Part shown: piece after piece, positions 10,663 through 21,353 of the stretch
Layout of the letters: each line of letters opens with the position of its first letter
Numbering within the stretch: position 1 is the stretch's first letter
From: Octopus bimaculoides
Taxonomy: Eukaryota
Length of the DNA stretch: 39,876 nucleotides
Reading direction: 5' to 3'
NCBI RefSeq assembly: GCF_001194135.2
Contig: NC_068981.1
Coordinates: 180,273,418 to 180,313,293, forward strand
Made by a program: the position numbers and the translations under genes
Notes under the pieces: model-generated
Database searches by the model: none
Seen by the model: only the letters and a program-made list of their open reading frames with translations
What the model was told of the DNA's origin: nothing

Positions 10663-10834
10663 TGGTGTGGCTGTGTGGTAAGTAGCTCGCTCTCCAACCA
10701 CATAGTTCCGGGTTCAGTCCCACTGCGTGGTATCTTGGGCAAATGTCTTCTACTATAGCCTCGGGCCGACCAAAGCCTTGTGAGTGGATTTGGTGGACGG
10801 AAATTGAAAGCCCGTTTTATATATGTATAATATG

Positions 10835-10869
<35 letters not shown>

Positions 10870-11100
10870 ATGTGTGTGTGTATGTTTGTTTGTGTGTCTG
10901 TGTTTGTCCCCGCTAGCATTGCTTAGCAACCGATGCTGGTGTGTTTATGTCCCTGTCACTTAGCGGTTCGGCAAGAGAGACCGATAGGATAAATACTAGG
11001 CTTACAAAGAATAAGTCCTGGGGTCGATTTGCTCGACTAAAGGTGGTACTCCAGAATGGCCACAGTCAAATGACTGAAACAAGTAAAAGAGTAAAAGAGA
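10663..11100 (+). mobile_element. SINE family B, full length, with internal (TA)n/(TG)n tract
   Basis: A box tggctgtgtggtaag, B box gggttcagtcc, cttgggcaaatgtc block reminiscent of the CORE-domain start, internal microsatellite about 10818-10900, tail ggtggtactccagaatggccacagtcaaatgactgaaacaagtaaaaga. Confidence 0.92.
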
Positions 11101-11661
11101 ACCCTCACCAATTGTCTGAGATAATAGAGAGAGAGTCTACGATCAGATAGAATTATTTCGTGAGATGCTCACCCTTGTTTGAATACATGAATTATTATTT
11201 ATTCTTATATAGTTGACATCTAGAATAGAACATATGTTCTTGATATACTAATTCAATACATAACCGATAGTTTATATTAATAAATATTAAATACAGCACA
11301 ACCCGAAAAGATAACTATGTAAAACGTAAAAATGGTATACGTTTTTTTTAATTAAAAAATACTAACACACAGTGAAATGATTTACACTGTTGCATATTTT
11401 CATCATTTTTTTATCTTGTCTTTTTTCATTTTTTTTATTTATTTATTTTTTTTTGCTATATGTTGCTGCAACATAATAGGTTTGTATTCACAGAATGGAA
11501 AAAAAAACGCACAATCCTTAAGCACGCCAAGTACTAGTATGGCGGCAGGTTTCACATTGTAAAGAAAAATAGAAAGCTTTTTTTATAAACTAATTTATAG
11601 TGCATGCGTATGTGTATGCATAGGTGGCAATACACAAACACATACACGAATGTGCATGTAT

Positions 11662-11728
<67 letters not shown>

Positions 11729-11856
11729 NNNNNNNNNNNNNNNNNNNNNNNNNNNNNNNNNNNNNNNNNNNNNNNNNNNNNNNNNNNNNNNNNNNNNNNN
11801 NNNNNNNNNNNNNNNNNNNNNNNNNNNNNNNNNNNNNNNNNNNNNNNNNNNNNNNN

Positions 11857-11931
<75 letters not shown>

Positions 11932-12919
11932 GGAGAGAGAAAGCAAAGTCATTTTAATTTATTTTATTTATCTATCTATCTATATATGTGTATATGTATG
12001 TATGAATATAAGTATGTATGTACGCATGTACGTACGTATGTATGGTTGTATGTAAGGATAAATATATAAGTGCTTCCTCTGCAAGTGTGTAAGTGGGCGT
12101 GCGCGTGTGTATAAATGTATTGTGAGAATAAACAAGTGCAGAAATAGTTGTCGGAGGCGGGGAAATGGAAACTACAGAAGAACGTACTGTATATTATAAA
12201 CTATAATTGATTATTCACGAATGGAAGTACTCTCTATAGTCGGTACGCACCCACCGCTTCAGAGCAAGGTTAGTTCTATACCATTACTGATTCTTCAAGT
12301 GTATTGTCTGCGAAATCTGAACGGTGTCAAATCGCCATTATAGTACAAATATATTACACAGTCAGATGTACGCTGCGCAACCTTGAAATCTAATGTGTCT
12401 AATGCGTCTCTCTGAATAATAACTCGACATAAAGGGAATTAACATTGGGACACAATAAGAGTTGAAAATATATAGTAAAATGCTAAGAGCCTGGTTAAAT
12501 CATATTTTCAGTCGATAATACGGCAACAGCAGAAAAGAGAACAACATTTTAAGGTTCCTAAGTTGTTGTTTTTTTAATCACAAATCTGATTATTTAACAT
12601 CGATTGTTCCTTGAATGACTAAAAAAAATATGTTATTAAATTTCCCGAATGACAAATTTTGCATTTAATGTGGATGTCGTTTCACAAGTCTTTTTTTTTT
12701 TAAATTTGTTCATAAACCAGACTATTTATTAACGCAATTGTTGTTGCCTCGATAAACATCTCCTATATATAATGTTTTCTTCAAAGACATTCCGTCATAT
12801 TTGCTGAGCACATGTATATCAAATTGTTTGTTTTTAAATGTTATAAATATAAACATAAGGTGTCGAGTTGGTAGTCTTTGGAATGTTGGATACATATTCC
12901 GACGCTGAAAGAAAAATTA

Positions 12920-12990
12920 AAATTATTGTCAGAGTCACCTCTGCCTTTCAATCTTCCGTATCAGTGAAAACAAAATACCAATGCAGAATA
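12920..12990 (+). mobile_element. SINE family A central fragment, old
   Basis: gagtcacctctgcctttcaatcttccgtatcagtgaaaacaaaatacca aligns with gtcgactttgcctttcatcctttcgggatcgattaaataagtacca. Confidence 0.55.
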
Positions 12991-13309
12991 ATTAATGGAA
13001 ATACTAGAACACCGGGTCATGTAGTAACTGTTCCTTCTGAAAGTAACACTTGTTACGACACTGGTGATAAGGTCTGTCCGCCTGAAGGTGGTAAGCTCTC
13101 CCTGTGAAAACATTGGTTGTTCAGAGAGACGAGGCTTGCGTACACAGGCAACTACTAGCCTTATTCGGAAAATATAACGGTGTCCAGGTCTGCGCATATG
13201 AGTGTAGATATATGGACAACCATAGCCAATGAAGGCCCTCATAAGTATACACATTACACATAAACGGGTGCTTCGGAACTACGTGTTTTTGAGATCTTGA
13301 CGTGTCTCC

Positions 13310-13400
13310 TGCGGCAAGTTATCTTCTACCATAGCCTCGGATCAATCAAAGCCTTGTGAGCGAAAACTGATGAAAAGAAACAGCGTGGAAGTCTATCGGA
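13310..13400 (+). mobile_element. SINE family B fragment
   Basis: ggcaagttatcttctaccatagcctcggatcaatcaaagccttgtgag matches 10735-10785. Confidence 0.7.
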
Positions 13401-13437
13401 ATGTCTGATACTGAAATTTACTCTGGATTCATTCTAT

Positions 13438-13611
13438 TGTGTCGTCGCCCCCAAGCGTAGAAGTAGGCTCGACCAAGAATATATAAATAGAGGTAGTCTG
13501 ACCGTGGTAAGAGTTGACTGACAGTAGACTGACTGTTGAGTGGCTGCTGTGTAGCGGTTGAGTAGAGATCTTCCGAAGGTGCTAGATAGCAGTAGCTTGA
13601 GATATAACACA
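13438..13611 (+). mobile_element. Probable solo LTR, 174 bp
   Basis: Ends TGTGT...ACACA (5-bp inverted termini). Flanks ttctat/ttccat match 5 of 6, a putative TSD. Internal TATA-like tatataaata; GC content above the flanks. Confidence 0.5.
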
Positions 13612-13689
13612 TTCCATACTCAATTTCAAGATTAAATAAATATTTGAAGTAAATTATTAGAGTTTATTATTCTGAAAGCATCTTAAAGC

Positions 13690-14510
13690 ATCGAAAAATA
13701 AATGTCTTGCGTTATTCATTTTGGTTTCTTACATTCTAAGGTCATATTTCGCCGAAGTCAACTTTGAGTTTCATCACACCGGAATCGATGAAATAAAGTA
13801 CAAAATCAAGTACGAGAGTTGGTGGTATTGAAAAATCTACTCGACAATGGAAAATTACTGACCTCAAAATCAGAAATTATTATTATGAGTTCATTAAGGC
13901 AGTGAACGGGCAGAACCATTAGTATGTCGGACGAAATTTTTAGTGGGATTTAATCCGTCTTCACATTCAAAGTTCAAATTCCACCGAGGTCGATTTTTGT
14001 CTTTCATTCTTTCGGGAAGAATGGAATAAGTACCAGTTGAGCAATGTAATTGATTTCACCACCCTTCAGAATTGCAGGCCTTGCAATAAATAAGAAAGGA
14101 GTTTGAGGTAAGTTTTTTGTCGATGATGTATTATAAACATCGTTAGACCATAAAAGTTAGCAATGTAGTATTTCTTTGAGTGTTTTACATTTCGAGTTTC
14201 AAGTCTTCCGTGGTCAACTTCACTTTCATTTTTTATTCCTGGCTCGATAGAATAAAGTATTAGTCAAGTACTGAGTTCGATATAATCGACTATTCCTGTC
14301 CCTCAAATTTCCAGCCCTTGTTGCTGTGTTAAAAACAATGAGGGCGATGGATTGTCAAAAACATTAGAGCATTAGACAAACTGGCCTGTTATTTTTCTTT
14401 CGGCCCATCGTGTTCTAATTTCAAATCCCGCCGAGGACAATTTAGCTTTTCATATTCCAGGGTTATAATACCAGTCGAAATACCACTCAAGTAATAGGTG
14501 CCAAACTAGG
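13690..14510 (+). mobile_element. Four old head-to-tail SINE-A copies (about 13690-13890, 13895-14100, 14105-14340, 14340-14510)
   Basis: Each retains the B box/central block, e.g. tttcgccgaagtcaactttg, gttcaaattccaccgaggtcga, cttccgtggtcaacttcactttca, ttcaaatcccgccgaggacaa. Boundaries approximate. Confidence 0.7.
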
Positions 14511-14665
14511 ACTGAAAGACAACCGCGACAAATCATGAGTCCATACGAGAAATCCTCTCAAAATAATAACGCTGTATTTGGTGTTCTAAAAGAACCATTC
14601 ACATTAATTAGGATATAAAGATTGTTTTTGATATTAATACTACTTCTATCGCTAATACATACACG

Positions 14666-14713
<48 letters not shown>

Positions 14714-14730
14714 CTGTATATATGTATGTA

Positions 14731-14777
<47 letters not shown>

Positions 14778-15409
14778 TACATACCTAATAGCATGCACTT
14801 CAAATAACCATATATATATATATATTCTTTTATTCTTTCNNNNNNNNNNNNNNNNNNNNNNNNNNNNNNNNNNNNNNNNNNNNNNNNNNNNNNNNNNNNN
14901 NNNNNNNNNNNNNNNNNNNNNNNNNNNNNNNNNNNNNNNNNNNNNNNNNNNNNNNNNNNNNNNNNNNNNNNNNNNNNNNNNNNNNNNNNNNNNNNNNNNN
15001 NNNNNNNNNNNNNNNNNNNNNNNNNNNNNNNNNNNNNNNNNNNNNNNNNNNNNNNNNNNNNNNNNNNNNNNNNNNNNNNNNNNNNNNNNNNNNNNNNNNN
15101 NNNNNNNNNNNNNNNNNNNNNNNNNNNNNNNNNNNNNNNNNNNNNNNNNNNNNNNNNNNNNNNNNNNNNNNNNNNNNNNNNNNNNNNNNNNNNNNNNNNN
15201 NNNNNNNNNNNNNNNNNNNNNNNNNNNNNNNNNNNNNNNNNNNNNNNNNNNNNNNNNNNNNNNNNNNNNNNNNNNNNNNNNNNNNNNNNNNNNNNNNNNN
15301 NNNNNNNNNNNNNNNNNNNNNNNNNNNNNNNNNNNNNNNNNNNNNNNNNNNNNNNNNNNNNNNNNNNNNNNNNNNNNNNNNNNNNNNNNNNNNNNNNNNN
15401 NNNNNNNNN

Positions 15410-17198
15410 AGGATGATAACAAAAGGTGAATAAAAATGAGAGAGGCACCGCACCGACGCTCGCCGATCGATAACCCCTCGAAAACATTGTTCAATACAAA
15501 TCCAATAAAAGTCAAAAATTCAATGGCAGTTCAATAAGTTCAATAAAAGTTCCTTTTAAAGATCTAATCTTCCTCATCCGGGCCTCCAAGCAATTGTCCC
15601 GTCGCCATCAGGAGATCTCACAGTGGCACGCCCGAAAGAAAGTAAATAAAATCCTCTTTTTGACAGGTCTTTTCGACCTCCCTAACTTCACTATGATTTA
15701 AGACCTCCGCAGCCACTTGCGGAGGCCAACGTGGATGGTCTATACATTCCCAGTCGTAACGCTCACGGTCAAATAGATCATCCAGACACTTTTCAACGGA
15801 TCCTCCCTTAAGGTAACAGAAGATATACTCCGTTTCCTCATCATCGGAAGGGGCCGCAACCTACTCTGTCGGTGACACAAATCTCACTGACAGAGCCTCC
15901 TGATCCGGTGGCACACTTCCCAACGGAGGGGCAACGGGTTCGGTCGGTGGCACGTCCGCCGACCGTCTCCCGTTTCTCCTTTTCTTTTTTTTCCTTTTAC
16001 CGGTTGCGGGGGTCGGGGCATCTTTCGGCACACCCGAGGTGTCCTCCTTTCCCGCAACCTCTATTTCTCCTGGTGAGCAACCACCGTTGCTCGCCTTCCT
16101 CTTTCTATTCGTGGAGGCCCTCGCCTCCACGACTTCCTCCGTCTCCCCCTCCAATGGTGGGGCGGAGGACTCATTCTCTTTTTTCCTCTGCTCCGGGGCC
16201 TTACCTCGGCCCTTGGGACAGTTCTTTTTTAAATAGCCGGATTCAAGGCACTTGTGACATTTAGNNNNNNNNNNNNNNNNNNNNNNNNNNNNNNNNNNNN
16301 NNNNNNNNNNNNNNNNNNNNNNNNNNNNNNNNNNNNNNNNNNNNNNNNNNNNNNNNNNNNNNNNNNNNNNNNNNNNNNNNNNNNNNNNNNNNNNNNNNNN
16401 NNNNNNNNNNNNNNNNNNNNNNNNNNNNNNNNNNNNNNNNNNNNNNNNNNNNNNNNNNNNNNNNNNNNNNNNNNNNNNNNNNNNNNNNNNNNNNNNNNNN
16501 NNNNNNNNNNNNNNNNNNNNNNNNNNNNNNNNNNNNNNNNNNNNNNNNNNNNNNNNNNNNNNNNNNNNNNNNNNNNNNNNNNNNNNNNNNNNNNNNNNNN
16601 NNNNNNNNNNNNNNNNNNNNNNNNNNNNNNNNNNNNNNNNNNNNNNNNNNNNNNNNNNNNNNNNNNNNNNNNNNNNNNNNNNNNNNNNNNNNNNNNNNNN
16701 NNNNNNNNNNNNNNNNNNNNNNNNNNNNNNNNNNNNNNNNNNNNNNNNNNNNNNNNNNNNNNNNNNNNNNNNNNNNNNNNNNNNNNNNNNNNNNNNNNNN
16801 NNNNNNNNNNNNNNNNNNNNNNNNNNNNNNNNNNNNNNNNNNNNNNNNNNNNNNNNNNNNNNNNNNNNNNNNNNNNNNNNNNNNNNNNNNNNNNNNNNNN
16901 NNNNNNNNNNACTGTGGGCAAGCGAACCCGCCTCCCACAAACAGCGAATACAAAATTTGTTCGTACAACGAACACACAAAACACTCGCCAAGGAAAGCGA
17001 AGATGCCACACCGCTGGACAACAATTTACTAAAAAATAAATAGAAGCAATAAATTGCTGCCCAGCTGAGCAACAAAAACGACTTACCCCGGCGAATTCTT
17101 CAATTTTTCCTTCTTTAGACAGAGCCGAAACCCATGTCTATCTTCGTTCACAGCAAGTAGCCAGTCTGACGCACATGCGCAGTGAGCAAACCGGAAGT
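15410..17198 (-). mobile_element. Tx1/L1-like non-LTR element: 5' end, 5' UTR, ORF1 and T-rich downstream sequence; interrupted and bounded by gaps
   Basis: GC-rich block with a CCHC knuckle ORF followed by a K/R-rich low-complexity region. Begins acttccggttt at about 17198. No ORF2 visible. Confidence 0.75.
15564..16264 (-). pseudogene. ORF1 (gag-like zinc-knuckle protein), C-terminal part, with in-frame stops
   Basis: KCHKCLESGYLKKNCP is CX2CX4[H>Y]X4C at 16218-16259, followed by basic/acidic low complexity. The frame continues past TAG (15861-15863) as VAAPSDDEETEYIFCYLKGG...PRWPPQVAAEVL..., with TGA at 15618-15620 and TAG at 15564-15566. The N-terminus lies in the gap. Confidence 0.78.
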
Positions 17199-17200
17199 AA
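17165..17200 (-). promoter_or_regulatory. ETS motif plus NRF1-like motif at the element's 5' end (putative internal Pol II promoter)
   Basis: Minus strand acttccggtt followed by tgcgcatgtgcg (NRF1 consensus TGCGCATGCGCA). Motif match only. Confidence 0.4.
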
Positions 17201-17224
17201 GCAAACTACTTACCACACAGCCAC
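17197..17224 (-). mobile_element. SINE family B 5' head only (28 nt), abutting the Tx1-like element
   Basis: gtggctgtgtggtaagtagtttgcttac; the first 19 nt are identical to 10667-10685. Confidence 0.75.
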
Positions 17225-17641
17225 ATATATATGGATCGGTGAGCATGTGAATTTTCAAAAAAAATGAGTTTAATATATATAAAATTGTGTGCATATTTTA
17301 TTAGAAACTTCTGCATCATGTATCGTACATTAAATCTGATGTAACCGATTATTCAATCATCAAAATATTGTCAATTTTCGAAATATCTAAATAAAAATAT
17401 TCTCAAACACATCAAAATGTGATTATTTATAGAAATCTGAGAGCTGAATTTTTATTTGCTGTTACCTCTTCAAATTTCATTTGCTGAACACGAAATATGA
17501 ACCTTGTGAAATGTCTTTAGTATTATATGTATAAAATAGAAATAAGTAAGGAAGTAAGTTCTTAATGAACTTTTATTACTGATAAATTAATATATTTTTT
17601 GTTAATTATAGTCATTTTTCAGTGTGTGGCATTTCCCACAC

Positions 17642-17700
17642 CTTTCACGAATTCTTTCTCACTTTCCCCATCGAGGCTTACTGTAAGCATGGCTTCCTGA
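17642..17700 (-). CDS. Candidate coding exon (QEAMLTVSLDGESEKEFVK), unidentified gene
   Basis: Acceptor ttttctacaactttccaag, donor AAG/gtgtgg, phase-compatible with 17892-18028. An overlapping + strand candidate (17623-17682) is about equally plausible. Confidence 0.25.
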
Positions 17701-17891
17701 CTTGGAAAGTTGTAGAAAACGACATACGTACACAGAAATGCTATGTATAATACATAAAAATAAAATCTCATATTTATTATTTTATTATATAGAGAATAAC
17801 AGCAGTAATTTTTTATTAGTTACTCCGATAAGAGGGAAAATCAATATGGTTGATGTTCATCTAGGAGCCGGTTGATGTTCATCTTGCCTAC

Positions 17892-18028
17892 TAGTGAATA
17901 GCAGGGGTTTGTAATACTTGAGGAATTTGGTTGGATAAAATTGTTTGATACAATATGGATAGCGAGAATAGAAAAAGGAAAGACTTGTGCCGAGTGCACT
18001 TGATGAAGTGGATGTGCAGCTTCTTAAA
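17892..18028 (-). CDS. Candidate coding exon (FKKLHIHFIKCTRHKSFLFLFSLSILYQTILSNQIPQVLQTPAIH), unidentified gene
   Basis: Strong acceptor atatttccttcag, donor CTA/gtaggc, 137 nt, open frame. No homology recognised. Confidence 0.3.
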
Positions 18029-18303
18029 CTGAAGGAAATATAATGTTTTAATAGCAATTTATAATGAAAATACTAACGGTATGTGTAGCGTGTTGTTGAA
18101 AGAGATTTTATCAATTAACAAAGGTATATTCGCATTTCTTTGTATGTGTTGTAGCAATATCATCCAAATCACGTGACCAATAGCCTAATGAGGATGCATT
18201 GAAGCATTTTATTTCTTTAGAATGTTAGCAGTGGTAACCAGGATTGAGGTATTACTGGTTCTGAGAATTAAACCTAGTCTTTGAGATGGTCTTTTAAATG
18301 GTA

Positions 18304-18336
<33 letters not shown>

Positions 18337-19422
18337 NNNNNNNNNNNNNNNNNNNNNNNNNNNNNNNNNNNNNNNNNNNNNNNNNNNNNNNNNNNNNNNN
18401 NNNNNNNNNNNNNNNNNNNNNNNNNNNNNNNNNNNNNNNNNNNNNNNNNNNNNNNNNNNNNNNNNNNNNNNNNNNNNNNNNNNNNNNNNNNNNNNNNNNN
18501 NNNNNNNNNNNNNNNNNNNNNNNNNNNNNNNNNNNNNNNNNNNNNNNNNNNNNNNNNNNNNNNNNNNNNNNNNNNNNNNNNNNNNNNNNNNNNNNNNNNN
18601 NNNNNNNNNNNNNNNNNNNNNNNNNNNNNNNNNNNNNNNNNNNNNNNNNNNNNNNNNNNNNNNNNNNNNNNNNNNNNNNNNNNNNNNNNNNNNNNNNNNN
18701 NNNNNNNNNNNNNNNNNNNNNNNNNNNNNNNNNNNNNNNNNNNNNNNNNNNNNNNNNNNNNNNNNNNNNNNNNNNNNNNNNNNNNNNNNNNNNNNNNNNN
18801 NNNNNNNNNNNNNNNNNNNNNNNNNNNNNNNNNNNNNNNNNNNNNNNNNNNNNNNNNNNNNNNNNNNNNNNNNNNNNNNNNNNNNNNNNNNNNNNNNNNN
18901 NNNNNNNNNNNNNNNNNNNNNNNNNNNNNNNNNNNNNNNNNNNNNNNNNNNNNNNNNNNNNNNNNNNNNNNNNNNNNNNNNNNNNNNNNNNNNNNNNNNN
19001 NNNNNNNNNNNNNNNNNNNNNNNNNNNNNNNNNNNNNNNNNNNNNNNNNNNNNNNNNNNNNNNNNNNNNNNNNNNNNNNNNNNNNNNNNNNNNNNNNNNN
19101 NNNNNNNNNNNNNNNNNNNNNNNNNNNNNNNNNNNNNNNNNNNNNNNNNNNNNNNNNNNNNNNNNNNNNNNNNNNNNNNNNNNNNNNNNNNNNNNNNNNN
19201 NNNNNNNNNNNNNNNNNNNNNNNNNNNNNNNNNNNNNNNNNNNNNNNNNNNNNNNNNNNNNNNNNNNNNNNNNNNNNNNNNTATCTATCTATATATATAT
19301 ATACATGTATATATATATACGCACACATACACATACATGCATAAATACATACATACATACATACATCTATGCATACATGCATACACATATACATATTTAT
19401 AAATAAATATATACAGATGCAC

Positions 19423-19466
<44 letters not shown>

Positions 19467-20088
19467 GCGCATCTGTGTATACATGTGTGTTTGTGTGTGT
19501 ATGTGTATGTGTGTCTATGCGTGAGCTTGTGAGAAGATAGATATGTTTAAATGAGTCTCTGCGTATGCTAAGAATGTGATTGTGGATGTTTAGATATGTG
19601 GATTATACGCGCCTACGTGTTTGTCTGTGTATACATTCACATAAATGTATGTATACCATTCAAGGTGTGATTTGTGTATTCATGTGTGCGTAATGAGTGT
19701 ATGTGTACGTGTGTCTAAGTATGTGTGGACTTGTGTATATGTACAAGTGAATTGGGGATGATCTAGTGTCAAAGCAAGCAGATGAAGATAGCAACTTAAT
19801 CTGTTAATCCGGCTGTGTGTCGGGATCTACCAGTAAACAGAATAACCAGCTTAAAACCTATTTCCAACAAGCTGCGATTTAACTGCTTTCCTCACACACT
19901 CGACTTCCTTTATGCTTATCTTACATTGCTTCCTGTAACACCTTACAATCAGGTCTTTTGTTATTATTGTCCTTACTATTGTTATTAAATGTTGTTGTTA
20001 TCGTTCTTCCCCTTCTTCTTCTTCTTCTGATTATTATTATTATCGTTATTATTATTATTATTATTATTATTACCGTTATTATAAATAT

Positions 20089-20295
20089 TAAGGCGGTGAA
20101 CTGGCAAAATCGTTAGCACGACGGGCAAAATGCTTTCGTCCATCTTTACGGTCTGAGCTCAAATTCCACCGAGGTCGACTTTGCATTTCATCCTTTCCAG
20201 GGTGATAAAATAAGTACATGTTGAGCATTGAGATCAGTGTAATCGACTCATCCCACTACCCTGGACTTTCTGGCCTTATGGGAAATGAAGAAATG

Positions 20296-20297
<2 letters not shown>
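20089..20297 (+). mobile_element. SINE family A, flanked by (ATT)n upstream and (AAT)n downstream
   Basis: taaggcggtgaactggcaaaatcgttagcacg...gagctcaaattccaccgaggtcgactttgc matches the family. Confidence 0.88.
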
Positions 20298-20332
<35 letters not shown>

Positions 20333-20350
20333 TCAGTGATGATTTTTAAA

Positions 20351-20640
20351 ATGCCTTCTAAGCGACGTATCAATTCCAACAGGTGACAATGTATCTCAAA
20401 AAGAAACGGAGTAATTCTCAAAATGCAAAGATCTAGAAAAGGAAGAAATAGAATTAACCTGAATGTGAATCCTAAACACTGAAACAGTCCCTATAATAAC
20501 AGGTGCATTGAGTTTGATTTAAAAAACATACAGATAAATACACAGCCAAGACATCAGGACAAACGTATACATATGACATACAGAAAATAGCACTACTAGG
20601 CACTGAAAACATCCTACATAAAACACTTTCAATAATGTGA
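20351..20640 (+). mobile_element. R4/Dong-like RLE retrotransposon 3' coding end, copy 1
   Basis: CLLSDVSIPTGDNVSQKETE*FSKCKDLE...TETVPIITGAL... then YDIQKIALLGTENILHKTLSIM*: RLE D...K..KY.DL remnant and the conserved terminal helix. Confidence 0.82.
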
Positions 20641-20654
20641 ACCTCTTCAACTTT

Positions 20655-20713
<59 letters not shown>

Positions 20714-20731
20714 ACAACAGCAACAACAACA

Positions 20732-21077
20732 GCAACACTCAGAGAGCGCAAACCTCCGCCAAGGCAGAACTAACGTCCTCTCAACGATTAGCCGGAGATG
20801 ATTTTTTAAATGAGAATATCTGAAATGAACTCGACTGCTCTTATAAACGAGAATACTAAAACTGAACACGACCACTCTCAAAAATTAAGTAAAAAAAAAA
20901 AGACAGGAAAGATAATCCAGAATCCTTGTTCAGTACCGGATCGGTCCTAAAATCTAATCAGTTCGTGCCAGTCATGAGGTCAAACATCTGTGAACGTTGC
21001 ATCCGAATCCATCCACGGACAAACAAACAAACACGTCTGAAAAACAATAATTCTGCCTTCGCTTCGGCGGAGGTAAT
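20732..21077 (-). mobile_element. Helentron-associated non-autonomous element (HINE/DINE-1-like)
   Basis: Minus strand starts attacctccgcc and has a (GTTT)n microsatellite near the 5' end, a 3' subterminal inverted repeat ccttggcggaggt and a short 3' hairpin gcgctc-tct-gagtgt. This is the described HINE/DINE-1 architecture. Confidence 0.7.
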
Positions 21078-21271
21078 GAATACATAACCAAAACACCAGG
21101 ACTTACAAATGTATATAACATACAGAAAATAGCACAACTAGGTACTGCGCACATCCTACGTAAAGCACTTTCAATACAATGAAAATAAAAGCACCACAAC
21201 GAACCACAGCACATACACATGGCAAACAGAGCTGTGCTCGGTAGTGAAAGCACGTGATAAAAATAAGACTA

Positions 21272-21274
<3 letters not shown>
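21078..21274 (+). mobile_element. R4/Dong-like retrotransposon 3' end with 3' UTR, copy 2, followed by (AAT)n of about 25 units (21275-21350)
   Basis: KTPGLTNVYNIQKIAQLGTAHILRKALSIQ* (stop 21180-21182), paralogous to 20560-20640. Confidence 0.85.

Positions 21275-21350
<76 letters not shown>

Positions 21351-21353
<3 letters not shown>

Noticed and set aside
15872-16264. Plus-strand 130-aa and 65-aa Pro/Ser/Phe-rich ORFs
   Set aside because: Antisense frames of the Tx1-like ORF1.
17848-17884. Short tandem duplications of 12-22 bp (also about 3440-3468, 22510-22533, 24850-24882, 29378-29408)
   Set aside because: Ordinary slippage or repair duplications with no shared sequence or pattern.
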